NCBI GenBank assembly: GCA_028277285.1
Contig: JANQGO010000162.1
Span: 1 to 60,950, forward strand
Length of the DNA: 60,950 bases
Source of the DNA: Alphaproteobacteria bacterium
GTDB lineage: Bacteria; Pseudomonadota; Alphaproteobacteria; SP197
Direction: 5' to 3'
The position numbers and the translations under genes are program-made. Below are positions 24,309 to 35,792 of the stretch, in pieces. Every line of letters starts with the position of its first letter. The first letter of the stretch is position 1. The notes beneath the pieces were generated by a model. That model was not told the DNA's origin. It saw nothing but the letters and a program-made list of their open reading frames with translations, and made no database searches.

Positions 24309-25260
24309 CGACAACAGCCCTAACGACAACAGCCCTGACGACAACAGTCCTGGCAGCGACAACGGCGTCTTGCCGCTGGTGCTGGTCAGCGGTCTCTCCG
24401 GCGCCGGGCGCAGCACGGCCCTGCGCGCTCTGGAGGACGAGGGGTATGAAGCCGTCGACAACCTGCCGATGTCGTTGCTGGAGACGCTGATCACGGCCGA
24501 GACCCAGCCGCCCCACGGCCTGGCCATGGCGGTCGACGTGCGTTCGCGGAACTTCGACGCCACGGCGTTTGTCGCCATCGTCGAGCGCTTGCGCAAACGG
24601 CCGGGCCTGGCGCTCAAGCTGATCTTCCTGGACAGCGACACCGACGTCCTGCAGCGCCGCTACACGGAAACCCGGCGCACCCATCCCTTGGCCGGCGAAC
24701 GCTCGGTCACCGCCAGCATCGAGCTCGAGCGGGGCCTGATGGCCGTCGTGCGCGATGCCGCCGACCTGGTGATCGATACCGGCGACCTGAGCGGGGCGGA
24801 TCTCAAGCGGATCATCGTCGGCCAACTCGCCTTGCAGGAAAGTGGCCGTCTCGGCCTGTTCGTCACGTCGTTTTCCTATCGCCTGGGCCTGCCGCGCAAC
24901 GCCGACCTGGTGTTCGATGTTCGTTTCCTGTCCAATCCCCACTATGTCGAGGCCCTCAACCCGCTCACCGGCCGCGACGGGCCGGTCGGCGCGTTTATCG
25001 AGCAGGATCCGTCATTCCAGCCCTTTTTCGACCGGTTGAGCGCTCTTTTGGCCGATTTGCTGCCGGCCTACGAGCGCGAAGGCAAGTACTACCTGACCAT
25101 CGCCATCGGCTGTACCGGCGGTCAGCACCGCTCGGTTTTTGTTGCCGAGCGCCTTGCCGCTCTGTTAAGCGAAGACCATCGCGTCCATCTGGAGCACCGC
25201 GACCTGGCTTCGGCACTGGCGCGCAACAGGGACGCCAACAAGAACAGCGGCGCATCATGA
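24301..25260 (+). CDS. rapZ: RNase adapter protein RapZ
   Basis: Trimmed to the ATG at 24301, which overlaps the hprK end. It has the Walker A LVSGLSGAGRSTALRALED, ..DVRF.., and a C-terminal IGCTGGQHRSV motif. Confidence 0.9.
   Translation: MSNDNSPNDNSPDDNSPGSDNGVLPLVLVSGLSGAGRSTALRALEDEGYEAVDNLPMSLLETLITAETQPPHGLAMAVDVRSRNFDATAFVAIVERLRKRPGLALKLIFLDSDTDVLQRRYTETRRTHPLAGERSVTASIELERGLMAVVRDAADLVIDTGDLSGADLKRIIVGQLALQESGRLGLFVTSFSYRLGLPRNADLVFDVRFLSNPHYVEALNPLTGRDGPVGAFIEQDPSFQPFFDRLSALLADLLPAYEREGKYYLTIAIGCTGGQHRSVFVAERLAALLSEDHRVHLEHRDLASALARNRDANKNSGAS
24307..24366 (+). repeat. 15-bp in-frame tandem repeat (3 good copies plus 1 degenerate) encoding (N/D)DNSP at the RapZ N-terminus
   Basis: aacgacaacagccct occurs twice exactly (24307-24336), then gacgacaacagtcct, then the degenerate ggcagcgacaacggc. 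Confidence 0.85.
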
Positions 25261-25661
25261 TTGGTTTGGTACTGGTCACTCACGGGCGGTTGGCCGAGGA
25301 GTTCGTCGCCGCTACGGAACACGTGGTTGGCGAACAGCGCAACGTCAAAACCGTCTGTATCGGCCCGGATGACGATATGGAACAGCGGCGCAAGGACATC
25401 CTGGCGGCGATCGCCAAGGTCGATGACGGCGACGGTGTCATCCTGCTGACCGACATGTTCGGCGGCACGCCATCGAACCTGGCGATATCGGTCATGGATA
25501 CCGGCAATGTGGAGGTGATTGCCGGCATCAACCTGCCGATGCTGATCAAACTGGCGGGCGCCCGCGAGACCGAGACCTTGGCCAGCGCCGTTGCCCAGGC
25601 GCAGGAGTCAGGGCGCAAGTACATCAATGTTGCGAGCAGCTTGCTGAACGCACGAGGTTAA
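25257..25661 (+). CDS. PTS mannose-family EIIA component
   Basis: 134 aa, MIGLVLVTHGRLAEEF...LLTDMFGGTPSN. This is the EIIA-Man fold signature with the active-site His in VTHG. Confidence 0.88.
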   Translation: MIGLVLVTHGRLAEEFVAATEHVVGEQRNVKTVCIGPDDDMEQRRKDILAAIAKVDDGDGVILLTDMFGGTPSNLAISVMDTGNVEVIAGINLPMLIKLAGARETETLASAVAQAQESGRKYINVASSLLNARG

Positions 25662-25667
25662 GCGGCC

Positions 25668-25958
25668 ATGTCCGGCCGGAAGACAGGGGCCGGGGGAATG
25701 GGCCTTCAACTGTTGATTATCAACGAGCGCGGTCTTCACGCCCGCGCCGCCGCAAAGTTCGTTGCGACGGTGCAGGAGTTCGAGGCCGACGTCGAGGTCA
25801 GCAAGGACGGCATGTCGGTCTCCGGGCGGTCAATTATGGGATTGATGATGTTGGCGGCAGCACCAGGCACCACGATCGACGTCACCGCTGATGGGCCGGA
25901 CGCACTGGCCGTTTTGGCGGCGCTGCAGGTCCTGGTCGACAACCGGTTCGATGAGTAG
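25668..25958 (+). CDS. ptsH: HPr family phosphocarrier protein (start could be 25698)
   Basis: INERGLHARAAAKFV contains the catalytic His motif. There is also a regulatory-Ser region GRSIMGLMML. Confidence 0.88.
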   Translation: MSGRKTGAGGMGLQLLIINERGLHARAAAKFVATVQEFEADVEVSKDGMSVSGRSIMGLMMLAAAPGTTIDVTADGPDALAVLAALQVLVDNRFDE

Positions 25959-27723
25959 GCAACGCAAGACATCGCGCTCGAACGTCATCCTTCGCGGGTT
26001 GGGCGTCGCGCGCGGCATCGCCATCGGACCGGCGCATATCGCCGAAAGCGGCACGCTCGACGTCCCGACCCACGAACTCGCCAAATCCGCGATCGCCGGC
26101 GAGATCGAGCGCTTCCACGCCGCCATCGCGGAGGCCGGGACGCAAATCGACAAGCTCAGGCGCAAGGCCTCGTCCTTGCCGGAGAGTGCCGCCGAGGAGC
26201 TCGGCTACCTGCTCGACGCTCACAACCACATGCTGGAAGGCTCGCGCCTGGTGCGCGGCGTCGACAAGCGCATTCGTGACGATCGCCTGAATGCGGAGGC
26301 CGCTGTCTCCCAGGAAGTCTCCGAAATCGCGCTGGTCTTCTCGCAGATGGAAGACAGTTATCTCGCCGCGCGTGCGCGCGACGTGCGCGACGTCGGCCAG
26401 CGCCTGTTGCGCTGTCTGATGAAGACGCCGTACCAGGCCTTCACGGACCTGCCGGAGGGTTCGGTGATCGTCGCCGACGAGCTGACGCCGGCCGACACCG
26501 CGCTGCTTGACCCGCACAAGGTCGCCGGCTTCGTGACCGCCACCGGCGGCGCCCAGGACCACACGGGTATCATGGCGCGGTCGCTCGGCCTGCCCGCCGT
26601 CGTCGGCATGGCCGAACTGTTGCAGCAGGCGCGGCCCGGCGACACGGTGATCGTCGACGGCGGCGCGGGACAGATCATCCTGAACCCCGACGCCCAGACG
26701 ATGTCGCGCTATCAGGAGCGCCGCGCCGAGTTGCTGCGTCAGGCCCGCAAGCTCGACCGCCTGCGCAACGTGCCCGCGATCACCCGCGATCAGGAACTGG
26801 TCAAGCTGCAGGCCAATATCGACCTGCCCAACGAGATCGACGCCGCACTCTCATCCGGCGCCGAGGGCATCGGCCTGTTCCGGACCGAATACGTCTTCAT
26901 GAACCGCGACGACCTGCCCGACGAAGACGAGCAGTATGTCCAGCTGCGCAGCATCGTCGAGGGCATGGAAGGCCGGCCGATCACCATCCGCACCCTGGAT
27001 GTCGGCAACGACAAGCTGCCCTATTCGCTGGACGAACATCTGGGCGCCAGCCCCAACCCCGCCATGGGCCTGCGCGCCATCCGTCTGTCGCTGAAGTTCC
27101 AGAAACTCCTGGACACGCAGCTTGCCGCCATTCTGCGCGCCGGCGCCCACGGTCCCGTGCGCATCCTGCTGCCGATGATCAGCAGCCCCCAGGAGGTGCG
27201 CGAGGTGCGCGACGCCATGCGCAAGGTCGTCAGGCGTTTGAAGCGTCGCAAGGTCGCGATCGCCGATCCGCTGCCGCCCATCGGCGCCATGATCGAGATC
27301 CCCGGTGCCGCGCTCGCCGCCGACAGCCTGGCGCGCGACTGCGAGTTCTTCTCCATCGGCACCAACGACCTCACCATGTACACGCTCGCCATCGACCGCG
27401 GCGACGATCAGGTGGCCCATCTCTATAGCCCGCTTCACCCGGCGGTCTTGCGCCTGATCCAGTTCACCACCGCGGCGGCGCTCAGGGCGCGCATCCCGAT
27501 CAATGTGTGCGGCGAGATGGCCGGTGACGAGCGCATGACCGCGCTGTTGCTGGGGCTGGGCATCCGCGACCTCTCGATGACCGCGACGGCGCTGCCCCGG
27601 GTCAAGCAGCGTATCCGCTCGCTCGACCTCAACGAGGCGACAAAACGCACCCAGGCGATCATGGATCAGTCCGATCCCGGCATGGTTGCCGTGCTTTTGG
27701 ACGACTTCAACGCGCTGGCATGA
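25951..27723 (+). CDS. ptsI: phosphoenolpyruvate--protein phosphotransferase (Enzyme I, no GAF domain)
   Basis: Trimmed to MSRQRK.. (ATG 25951 overlaps the HPr end). It has TGGAQDHTGIMARSLGLPAVVG (phospho-His region) and a PEP-utilising TIM-barrel with FFSIGTNDLTMYTLA. About 590 aa. Confidence 0.92.
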   Translation: MSRQRKTSRSNVILRGLGVARGIAIGPAHIAESGTLDVPTHELAKSAIAGEIERFHAAIAEAGTQIDKLRRKASSLPESAAEELGYLLDAHNHMLEGSRLVRGVDKRIRDDRLNAEAAVSQEVSEIALVFSQMEDSYLAARARDVRDVGQRLLRCLMKTPYQAFTDLPEGSVIVADELTPADTALLDPHKVAGFVTATGGAQDHTGIMARSLGLPAVVGMAELLQQARPGDTVIVDGGAGQIILNPDAQTMSRYQERRAELLRQARKLDRLRNVPAITRDQELVKLQANIDLPNEIDAALSSGAEGIGLFRTEYVFMNRDDLPDEDEQYVQLRSIVEGMEGRPITIRTLDVGNDKLPYSLDEHLGASPNPAMGLRAIRLSLKFQKLLDTQLAAILRAGAHGPVRILLPMISSPQEVREVRDAMRKVVRRLKRRKVAIADPLPPIGAMIEIPGAALAADSLARDCEFFSIGTNDLTMYTLAIDRGDDQVAHLYSPLHPAVLRLIQFTTAAALRARIPINVCGEMAGDERMTALLLGLGIRDLSMTATALPRVKQRIRSLDLNEATKRTQAIMDQSDPGMVAVLLDDFNALA

Positions 27724-27824
27724 CGTATCTTGCCTGGACGGCCGGGGTCTCCATTTGATAAGCCGTGCCCGCCGCCCTTCCGATGGTTTCCGCCACGGGC
27801 TTTCTAGAGAGAATGGATCGAAGC

Positions 27825-29116
<1,292 letters not shown>

Positions 29117-29120
<4 letters not shown>

Positions 29121-30640
29121 GCGCTTTCGCCGCCAAGCTTCTTGGCGTCGAGACACAGAGCCAGAACCAGGCCGAGGACCGCAAAGGCGAGCGCGAGCCA
29201 ATAGGCCTGCTGCAGGCCGGCGGCGAAGGCGTCGCCGAGTGCCGCCTCAATCTTCTGGGCGGCATCGGTACCGTACCTCGCGAGGATGGTCTGCGCCGCC
29301 TCGCCATGGGCGCTGGCCGCGTTAAGCGCGGCCTGGTCCGCCGCCGACACGTTGAGGCCCGCTGTCGCAAGGCCCTGCTTGAGCGCACTCCGGCTCGTCT
29401 CGTACATGATCGCTGTCGCGCCGCCGACGCCGATAGCGCCGAGCCCAAGATGGAACATGTAAGCAAGGCCGCCCGCCAGCCCGGCGCGCGACGGATCGGC
29501 TGCGCTGACTGATGCGGTGCCGGCGGGGCTGAAGATCAAAGCACCGCCGAACGCCATCACGATCATCGGCGGTAGCGTGCCCGGATAGCCCCACGACGCC
29601 GGCGCAAAAATCATCCAGATCGAGGCGATCACGGCGAGCCCGTAACCCCAGGCGAGCAGCCGCCTGGGTCCGACGCTATTGTAGAACCGGCCCGTGACCA
29701 TGTTGCCGACCGCCATGATGACGAGAACTGGCAGAATGCCGATCGCCGACCACATGGCCGACCAGCCGAACGCCTTGTGATAGTACTGCGGCAGATAGAG
29801 AAACATCAGGAAGACCGGCGGCGACATCAGGCCGTTCATGGAAAGCGCGATCACCAATTGATGGTTCTTCATCATCGGGATCGGCACCATCGGATCAGCG
29901 ACACGGCCCTCGACGACGGGAAAAACGGCGAACATCACCAGGCAGAAGACGAAGAGGCCGATCACCGGCGCCGACGTCCACCCCCAATCGGCGCCGACGT
30001 CCAGGCCATAGAGCAGGCCGAACACGGCGAGCGACAAGACGATCATGCCGATCACGTCGACACGTTCGTCCGTACGCTCGGCACTGTCCTTCGGGACGAT
30101 GCGCCACAACAAGAGTGCGGAGATTGCCGCCAGGACGACATTGATCAAGAAGAACAGGCGCCATTCGCCGAGCCCGGCCAGAACGCCGGCAAGGAACGGC
30201 GCAATGGCGTTGCCGGTCGCGATAGCGCCCAGGAGCACGCCCATGACGATTCCGAACTTGTCCTTGGGCACCGACAAGGCGGCGACGGCGAGCATTGAGG
30301 GCCAAGCGATTGCCGACCCGATACCCTGGAACACACGCGCGCCGATAAGAAAGCCGATAGAGGGCGCCAAGGTGCAAGCGAGCGAGGCCAGAAAGAAGAC
30401 GCCAAGCCCGATCTGCAGGAAGCGCTTATGGCCGAACATATCGCCCAACCGGCCACCGGCAACCAGCATCATGGCCAGCGCCAACGCGTAGACGTTGAGC
30501 ACCCACTGGCTGGTCGTGATGTTGACCGCGAACTCCTGCTCGATCGGGATGACCAGGAGCATGGCGCCGGTAAAGTCCGTCCCGAGCATGAAGGACGGAA
30601 TGCAAAGCGCGGCGACGATGACCTTGGTGTGTCTGTCCAC
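29117..30640 (-). CDS. MFS transporter, DHA2 (EmrB/QacA-like, 14-TMS) family
   Basis: 507 aa and about 14 hydrophobic segments. It has the motif-A-like [12 protein letters not shown] and is convergent with ahcY (4-nt overlap). Confidence 0.85.
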
Positions 30641-30867
30641 AGTGCCCCCTTACACCAGCGGCGATACTAGACCGGATGGCGCGTGCCTACAGGCATCAAA
30701 CCATCGTCCGCCGCCTCCTCCCAGGCTGGGGGTTGAAATGCGGACAAGAAGACTGCTACCCCAAGTTATGGGTTGCCAATCAGCAGCAAACACAACCACT
30801 AGTGGTGACAACAGAACCCGCGGAGCCTAGACTTGTCCACGAATAGGTCGACAGCTTGGGGGCTCGC

Positions 30868-32190
30868 ATGTCGATTATTCGTCTCTTGATTACTGTTGTC
30901 GCCGTTGCACTGCTCTGGGGGTGCGGCGCAAACAACAATTCGATCTTCCGCACGACCGATGCGGATGACAACGACATCATCTTGGTCGACGCCAAGCAGC
31001 GCGGCATTCTGACGCAGACCGTCCGGATGCGGGAAGACGATGGTTTTCGTCAGCAACGCATCATTGCTTGTGCCGAACCCAGCCCGGATGTCTTCTCCGT
31101 CCTGAGCGCGGCTTTGACGACCAGCGCGACAATCGACCTTTCAAGCGGCGATAGTGCCGCTGGTGAATTGGCGACGGCGATCAGTGAAGCCGGAGGAAGC
31201 ATTGGGCTTCGCACTCAGACTATTCAAGTGCTTCGCGACATGATGTTTCGGCTATGCGAACGCTACTACAACAACGCCATTACGGGAGACGAGTTCGAAC
31301 AACAAGCTGCTCGAGACCAACGGTTGATCGCTTCTGTTCTCGCCATCGAACAGCTCACGGGTGCCGTCGTCCCCGCCCCCGTCACCGTTTTTGCCGCAGC
31401 TGAAGTCGACACCGGCGAAAGCCTCGTTGCCGCACAAAAGCTGCTTGATGAAGAGCGAGCAAAACTCGCTGAACTCGAAGCAACCGCATCCAAAAGCAGG
31501 GAAGCTGCCGATGCAGCAAAGAACAGCTATGAGACCAAGCTGAAGGCCAGAGAAGAAGGCGACACCACGATCTCAGACAGCGATCTCGAGGCGCTCAAGA
31601 ACCAGGCAGACACCACGGAGAATACCGCCGTTGATGACCGCAAGAGGGCCGAGGAAGCACAGGCTAACGTCGCGGCGCTAGAAGCGCGTCGTGACGCGGC
31701 TAGGGTCACAGCAGCAACGGGGAGCGCTGCCGGTCAGACTGGTGAAGTCGTCTACCAAAGCACGCTTGACCAGCACACAGCCGACGCCATCAGCGATGCT
31801 GTGGTCAACATCGTGGCGCTGGTGTTCGAGGACGACGAAGTCGCGAGGTCATGCATCAAGAAACTCAACGAACTCGAAGATGCAAGGGATCTTAACCAGT
31901 TCTGCCAAACCTATCTGAATGAAAAGAGAAAACTGGATGAAGCATTGAGGCTGGAGTTTACCGGCGCCGTCATGTCGACCGAGGACGTCGAGTCGATGCG
32001 CGGAGAGTACGGATCACTCCTTAACACCTTGTTCTTGGCCAACCCTGCCCGCGTCCAGCAACTGTTTAGCGAGTGGCTTGCGCGCGAAGGCCTTTCGCCC
32101 ACTCCAATAAGTATTTTCGTCAATTCTGCCTCGGGCGAGGAAAAGAAGTCGGCATACCTTTATGTTTCACAACGTCTCCAGGGAGCTTGA
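30868..32190 (+). CDS. hypothetical lipoprotein with central coiled-coil region
   Basis: MSIIRLLITVVAVALLWGC carries a lipobox (LWGC). Residues ~190-290 are heptad-like and rich in A/E/K. I recognised no domain. The local GC is lower (~52-53% on spot-counted lines). A TTG at 30856 is an alternative start. Confidence 0.6.
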   Translation: MSIIRLLITVVAVALLWGCGANNNSIFRTTDADDNDIILVDAKQRGILTQTVRMREDDGFRQQRIIACAEPSPDVFSVLSAALTTSATIDLSSGDSAAGELATAISEAGGSIGLRTQTIQVLRDMMFRLCERYYNNAITGDEFEQQAARDQRLIASVLAIEQLTGAVVPAPVTVFAAAEVDTGESLVAAQKLLDEERAKLAELEATASKSREAADAAKNSYETKLKAREEGDTTISDSDLEALKNQADTTENTAVDDRKRAEEAQANVAALEARRDAARVTAATGSAAGQTGEVVYQSTLDQHTADAISDAVVNIVALVFEDDEVARSCIKKLNELEDARDLNQFCQTYLNEKRKLDEALRLEFTGAVMSTEDVESMRGEYGSLLNTLFLANPARVQQLFSEWLAREGLSPTPISIFVNSASGEEKKSAYLYVSQRLQGA

Positions 32191-32195
32191 ATACG

Positions 32196-32402
32196 ATGCC
32201 AAACAACTCTGAAGACAAAAGCTCAAAGAGTGGATCTTTCGAGTCGGGTGCGATTGGAGAGAACGTTCACGACTTTGGTCCCATGGACAATCAAGCGACT
32301 GAGGACTTCATAAAAACATTCATCTTTGATGAGAACATTGACGGCATTCTCTTGGTGCGCCCTCAAACAAACGCATGGCTGATCAAAGTTCGACCCAAAT
32401 GA
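32196..32402 (+). CDS. hypothetical small protein (68 aa)
   Basis: The ATG lies 5 nt after the lipoprotein stop, on the same strand and in the same lower-GC islet. It is the inner part of track ORF 32073..32402. No motif was recognised. Confidence 0.4.
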   Translation: MPNNSEDKSSKSGSFESGAIGENVHDFGPMDNQATEDFIKTFIFDENIDGILLVRPQTNAWLIKVRPK

Positions 32403-32506
32403 GTAGCTGAACTGTCGCGTGCCACCGAGCGGCTCTTCGACGTCAAGACGTCCGCTCAGTATGTCAAAAAAGGAACACCCCTGGGCAGAACGCACAGATG
32501 AGTAGA

Positions 32507-33526
32507 TCACCCCGCCCCCGGCAGGCCCTTCGTCGTCGAGTATTCGAAGTGCAGTTCCTCGTCGGGATAGACCAGCGGGCGGATGGCGTGCGCCGCCATG
32601 GCGGCTTCGGAGAAGCCTGAGAGGATCAGCTTCAGCTTGCCCTGATAGGTCACGATATCGCCGATGGCGTAGATGCCGGGCTCGCTGGTCGCCGACGTCG
32701 CGGGGTCGGTGGTGATCAGATTGCGGTCGAGGTTGAGGCCCCAACCGGCGATTGGGCCGAGTTCCATGCGCAAGCCATAAAACGGCAGCAGCACGTCGGC
32801 GTCGAGCCGGCGTTCGTTGCCGTCGAGATCGGCGACGATGACCGCGTCGAGCTTGCCCTCCGATCCGTCGAGGCCATGGAGCTGATAGGGCACGACCATC
32901 TCGATCGCGCCGTCCTCGGCCAGCTTGTTCATGCGGTTCACGCTCTCGGGCGCGGCGCGGAACTTGGCGCGCCGGTGGACGACCATCAGCTTGTCGGCGA
33001 CCTCGGCCAGCGACAGCACCCAGTCGACCGCTGAATCGCCGCCGCCGGCGATGACGACCTTCTTGCCGCGATAGGTCTCGCGCCGGGTGACGTAGTAGGC
33101 GACGGCGCCGGAATCCTCGTAGGCCTCGATGCCTTCCATCGGCGGCCGGTTGGGACCGAACGAGCCGCAGCCCGCGGCGATGACGACCGCGCGGCAGGTG
33201 ATGACGGCGCCCTTCGATGTCTCGACCCGCCAGTCGTCGCCGTCGCGGGCCAGGGACACGACCTGCTGGTCCAAATGATAGACCGGGTCGAACGGCGCGG
33301 CCTGTTCGGCGAGCTTGTCGACGAGGTCCTGGGCCATGATCTCCGGGTAGCCCGGGATGTCATAGATCGGTTTTTCCGGATAAAGCGCCGTGCATTGGCC
33401 GCCGACCGCCTCCAGCGTGTCGACGACATGACAGCGCATGTCCAGCATGCCCGCCTCGAAGATCTGGAACAGCCCGACCGGACCGGCGCCGACCACCACA
33501 ATGTCGGTCTTGAACGCTTCGCTCAT
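32507..33526 (-). CDS. ferredoxin--NADP(+) reductase, thioredoxin-reductase-like type
   Basis: Trimmed to MSEAFKTDIVVVGAGPVGLF (FAD GxGxxG). It reads ..GGQCTALYPEKPIYDIPGYP.., has a second dinucleotide fold VVIAGGGDSAVDW, and is about 339 aa. Confidence 0.88.
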   Translation of the reverse strand: MSEAFKTDIVVVGAGPVGLFQIFEAGMLDMRCHVVDTLEAVGGQCTALYPEKPIYDIPGYPEIMAQDLVDKLAEQAAPFDPVYHLDQQVVSLARDGDDWRVETSKGAVITCRAVVIAAGCGSFGPNRPPMEGIEAYEDSGAVAYYVTRRETYRGKKVVIAGGGDSAVDWVLSLAEVADKLMVVHRRAKFRAAPESVNRMNKLAEDGAIEMVVPYQLHGLDGSEGKLDAVIVADLDGNERRLDADVLLPFYGLRMELGPIAGWGLNLDRNLITTDPATSATSEPGIYAIGDIVTYQGKLKLILSGFSEAAMAAHAIRPLVYPDEELHFEYSTTKGLPGAG

Positions 33527-33619
33527 AACAAACCCTGCCTGTTCGGCCTTGACATAACGAAGCCGCCGCCGGCTTGGCAAACCCTTTCCTATTGGGGGGC
33601 GGTGGGGCTACAAAGCGCC

Positions 33620-34099
33620 ATGAGTGCCTCGCCAAGCCCGGCGGCTACCCGCGACATGATGCTGGCCGCCGAATCCATGACCCACACCCTGGCCGGTCAG
33701 ATCGCCGGCCTCGCCAAGCCGGGCGATCTCATCGCGCTATGGGGTGATTTGGGCAGCGGCAAGACGAGCTTCGCGCGCGGGTTCATCAACGCGTTGACCG
33801 GCGAGACCGAGGTGCCGAGCCCCACCTTCAGCCTGGTGCAGACCTATGACGCGCCGGACTTCGTCGTCTGGCATTTCGACCTCTACCGGATCGACCAGCC
33901 GCGCGACGTGCTGGAGCTCGGTTTCGACGATGCGTTGGATGACGACGTCGTCCTGGTCGAATGGCCGGATCGGCTTGGCGATCTCTTGCCCGACGACCGT
34001 CTCGACCTGCGTTTCCGCATGGTCGCCGCGGGCGGACGGTTCGTGCGCCTGGAAGGTCACGGCAGTTGGGCCGAGCGGCTGAACGATTTGGCGTCATGA
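33620..34099 (+). CDS. tsaE: tRNA t6A37 biosynthesis ATPase TsaE
   Basis: Trimmed to MSASPS.. It has the P-loop LWGDLGSGKTSFARG, ..SPTFSLVQ.Y.., ..HFDLYR.. and ..LVEW. Confidence 0.88.
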   Translation: MSASPSPAATRDMMLAAESMTHTLAGQIAGLAKPGDLIALWGDLGSGKTSFARGFINALTGETEVPSPTFSLVQTYDAPDFVVWHFDLYRIDQPRDVLELGFDDALDDDVVLVEWPDRLGDLLPDDRLDLRFRMVAAGGRFVRLEGHGSWAERLNDLAS

Positions 34100-35082
34100 A
34101 CAACCGCGAGGCGCTTATCACGACGTTCCTGGAACGGCACGGCTGGGCAGATGCCGAACGAGGCGTGCTGGCGGGCGATGCGTCGTTCCGCCGCTACGAC
34201 CGGCTTCGCCGCGACGGCGAGACCATGGTGCTGATGGATGCGCCGCCGCCGCACGAGGATGTCCGCCCGTTCGACCAGATCGCCCGGCACCTGCGACACC
34301 TGGGCCTGGGCGCGCCCGCGATCGTCGCAGCCGACGCGCCAGCCGGCCTGCTGCTGATCGAGGATCTGGGCGACGACCTCTTCAGCCGGGTGCTGCGCGA
34401 CGGTGCGGTCGACGAGCGGGAATTGTATGAAGCCGCCATCGACGTTCTGGTCGCCCTGCACCGGGCCGGCGCCAAGGTCGATCTGCCGGCCTATGACGAT
34501 ACGGTCATGCTGGACCGCGCCGTCCTGCTGCTCGACTGGTTCATGCCCCTGGCCGGCCTCGACGTTCCCGACGCGGCGCGCGCCGATTACATCGAGGCTT
34601 GGCAAACCGTTCTGCCGCTGGCGCATGACGGGCCGGACACGGTCATCCTGCGCGACTATCACGCCGACAACCTGATCTGGCTGCCGGACCGGAACGACAT
34701 CCACAAGGTCGGTCTGCTGGACTTTCAGGACGCCATGATCGGGCCGGCGGCCTATGACATCGTCTCGCTTCTGGAAGACGCCCGGCGCGACGTGGCGCAC
34801 GAGACCGTCGCGGCCGCCAAGGCGCGTTATCTCGCGGCCTTTCCCGACCTCACGCCGGCGGCGTTCGAAACCAACTATGCCGTCTGCGGCGCGCAACGCA
34901 ACTGCCGCATCATCGGTGTCTTCTGCCGCCTTTTGACCCGCGACGGCAAGCCCGGCTACCAGGATTGGATGGACCGCGTGTGGCGTCACCTGTCGCGCGA
35001 TCTCGAGCATCCGGCCAACGCGCCGCTCGCCGCCTGGTTCGACCGCTGGGTGCCGCGGGACAAACGGACGCGGGCCGCATGA
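34096..35082 (+). CDS. amgK: aminoglycoside-phosphotransferase-fold kinase, AmgK-like (anomeric MurNAc/GlcNAc kinase)
   Basis: Trimmed to MNNREALI.. (ATGA overlap with tsaE). It has GDASFRRYDRL, the Brenner-like motif RDYHADNLIW and DFQDA, and pairs with a MurU-like gene downstream. Confidence 0.75.
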   Translation: MNNREALITTFLERHGWADAERGVLAGDASFRRYDRLRRDGETMVLMDAPPPHEDVRPFDQIARHLRHLGLGAPAIVAADAPAGLLLIEDLGDDLFSRVLRDGAVDERELYEAAIDVLVALHRAGAKVDLPAYDDTVMLDRAVLLLDWFMPLAGLDVPDAARADYIEAWQTVLPLAHDGPDTVILRDYHADNLIWLPDRNDIHKVGLLDFQDAMIGPAAYDIVSLLEDARRDVAHETVAAAKARYLAAFPDLTPAAFETNYAVCGAQRNCRIIGVFCRLLTRDGKPGYQDWMDRVWRHLSRDLEHPANAPLAAWFDRWVPRDKRTRAA

Positions 35083-35792
35083 TAACGGTCAAACGCGCGA
35101 TGGTCCTGGCGGCAGGGCGCGGCGTGCGCCTGAAACCCGTGACCGATACGACACCCAAGCCGCTGGTCGAGGTCGCCGGGCGAACCCTGCTCGACCGCGC
35201 CCTCGATCGCTTCGCAGCGATGGAACTGGTGGTCGTCAACGCCCATCACCTGGCCGGTCAGGTGGCGGCAAGCCTGCAGCGACGGGCGCAACCGCCGAGC
35301 AGGTTGTCGCGTGAAACCGAACTGTTGGACACCGGCTTGGGTGTCAAGAACGCGCTTGGCCATTTGGGGCCGTGGCCCTTCTTTATCTCCAGCAGCGACA
35401 TTCTGATGACCGAAGGCCCGGGCGGTGACCCGCTGCAACGCCTGGCCGCCGCCTGGGATGATGACGCCATGGACGCGCTCTTGCTGGTGCAGCCGCGCGC
35501 CAAGGCCGGCGGTTTCGTCGCGCCCGGCGATTTCAATCTCGACCCCGAAGGCCGGCCAAGCCGCCGCGGCGATGCGCCTGCCGCCGACTACGTCTACACC
35601 AGTACGCAGTTGGTGCATCCGCGTCTCTTCGCCGACAGTCCCGACGCACCGTTTTCGTTCAATCTTCTTTGGGACAAGGCGATCGCCACCCGCCGCCTCT
35701 TCGCCATCGTGCACGATGGCGGCTGGTTCACTGTTGATACGCCGGAGAACCTGACCGCCGCGCCAGACTGGCTCGCACGCCATGGCGGCTAA
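35079..35792 (+). CDS. murU: nucleotidyltransferase, MurU-like (MurNAc-1-P uridylyltransferase)
   Basis: Trimmed to MITVKRAMVLAAGRGVRLKPVTDTTPKPLV, the sugar-nucleotidyltransferase G-loop. It has an ATGA overlap with amgK. Confidence 0.78.
   Translation: MITVKRAMVLAAGRGVRLKPVTDTTPKPLVEVAGRTLLDRALDRFAAMELVVVNAHHLAGQVAASLQRRAQPPSRLSRETELLDTGLGVKNALGHLGPWPFFISSSDILMTEGPGGDPLQRLAAAWDDDAMDALLLVQPRAKAGGFVAPGDFNLDPEGRPSRRGDAPAADYVYTSTQLVHPRLFADSPDAPFSFNLLWDKAIATRRLFAIVHDGGWFTVDTPENLTAAPDWLARHGG

Noticed and set aside
27724-27824. A possible SAH riboswitch in the leader of ahcY.
   Set aside because: I could not find the conserved SAH-element helices or pseudoknot sequence by eye. That element is mainly known from beta- and gamma-proteobacteria. 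A Rfam/Infernal scan would be decisive.
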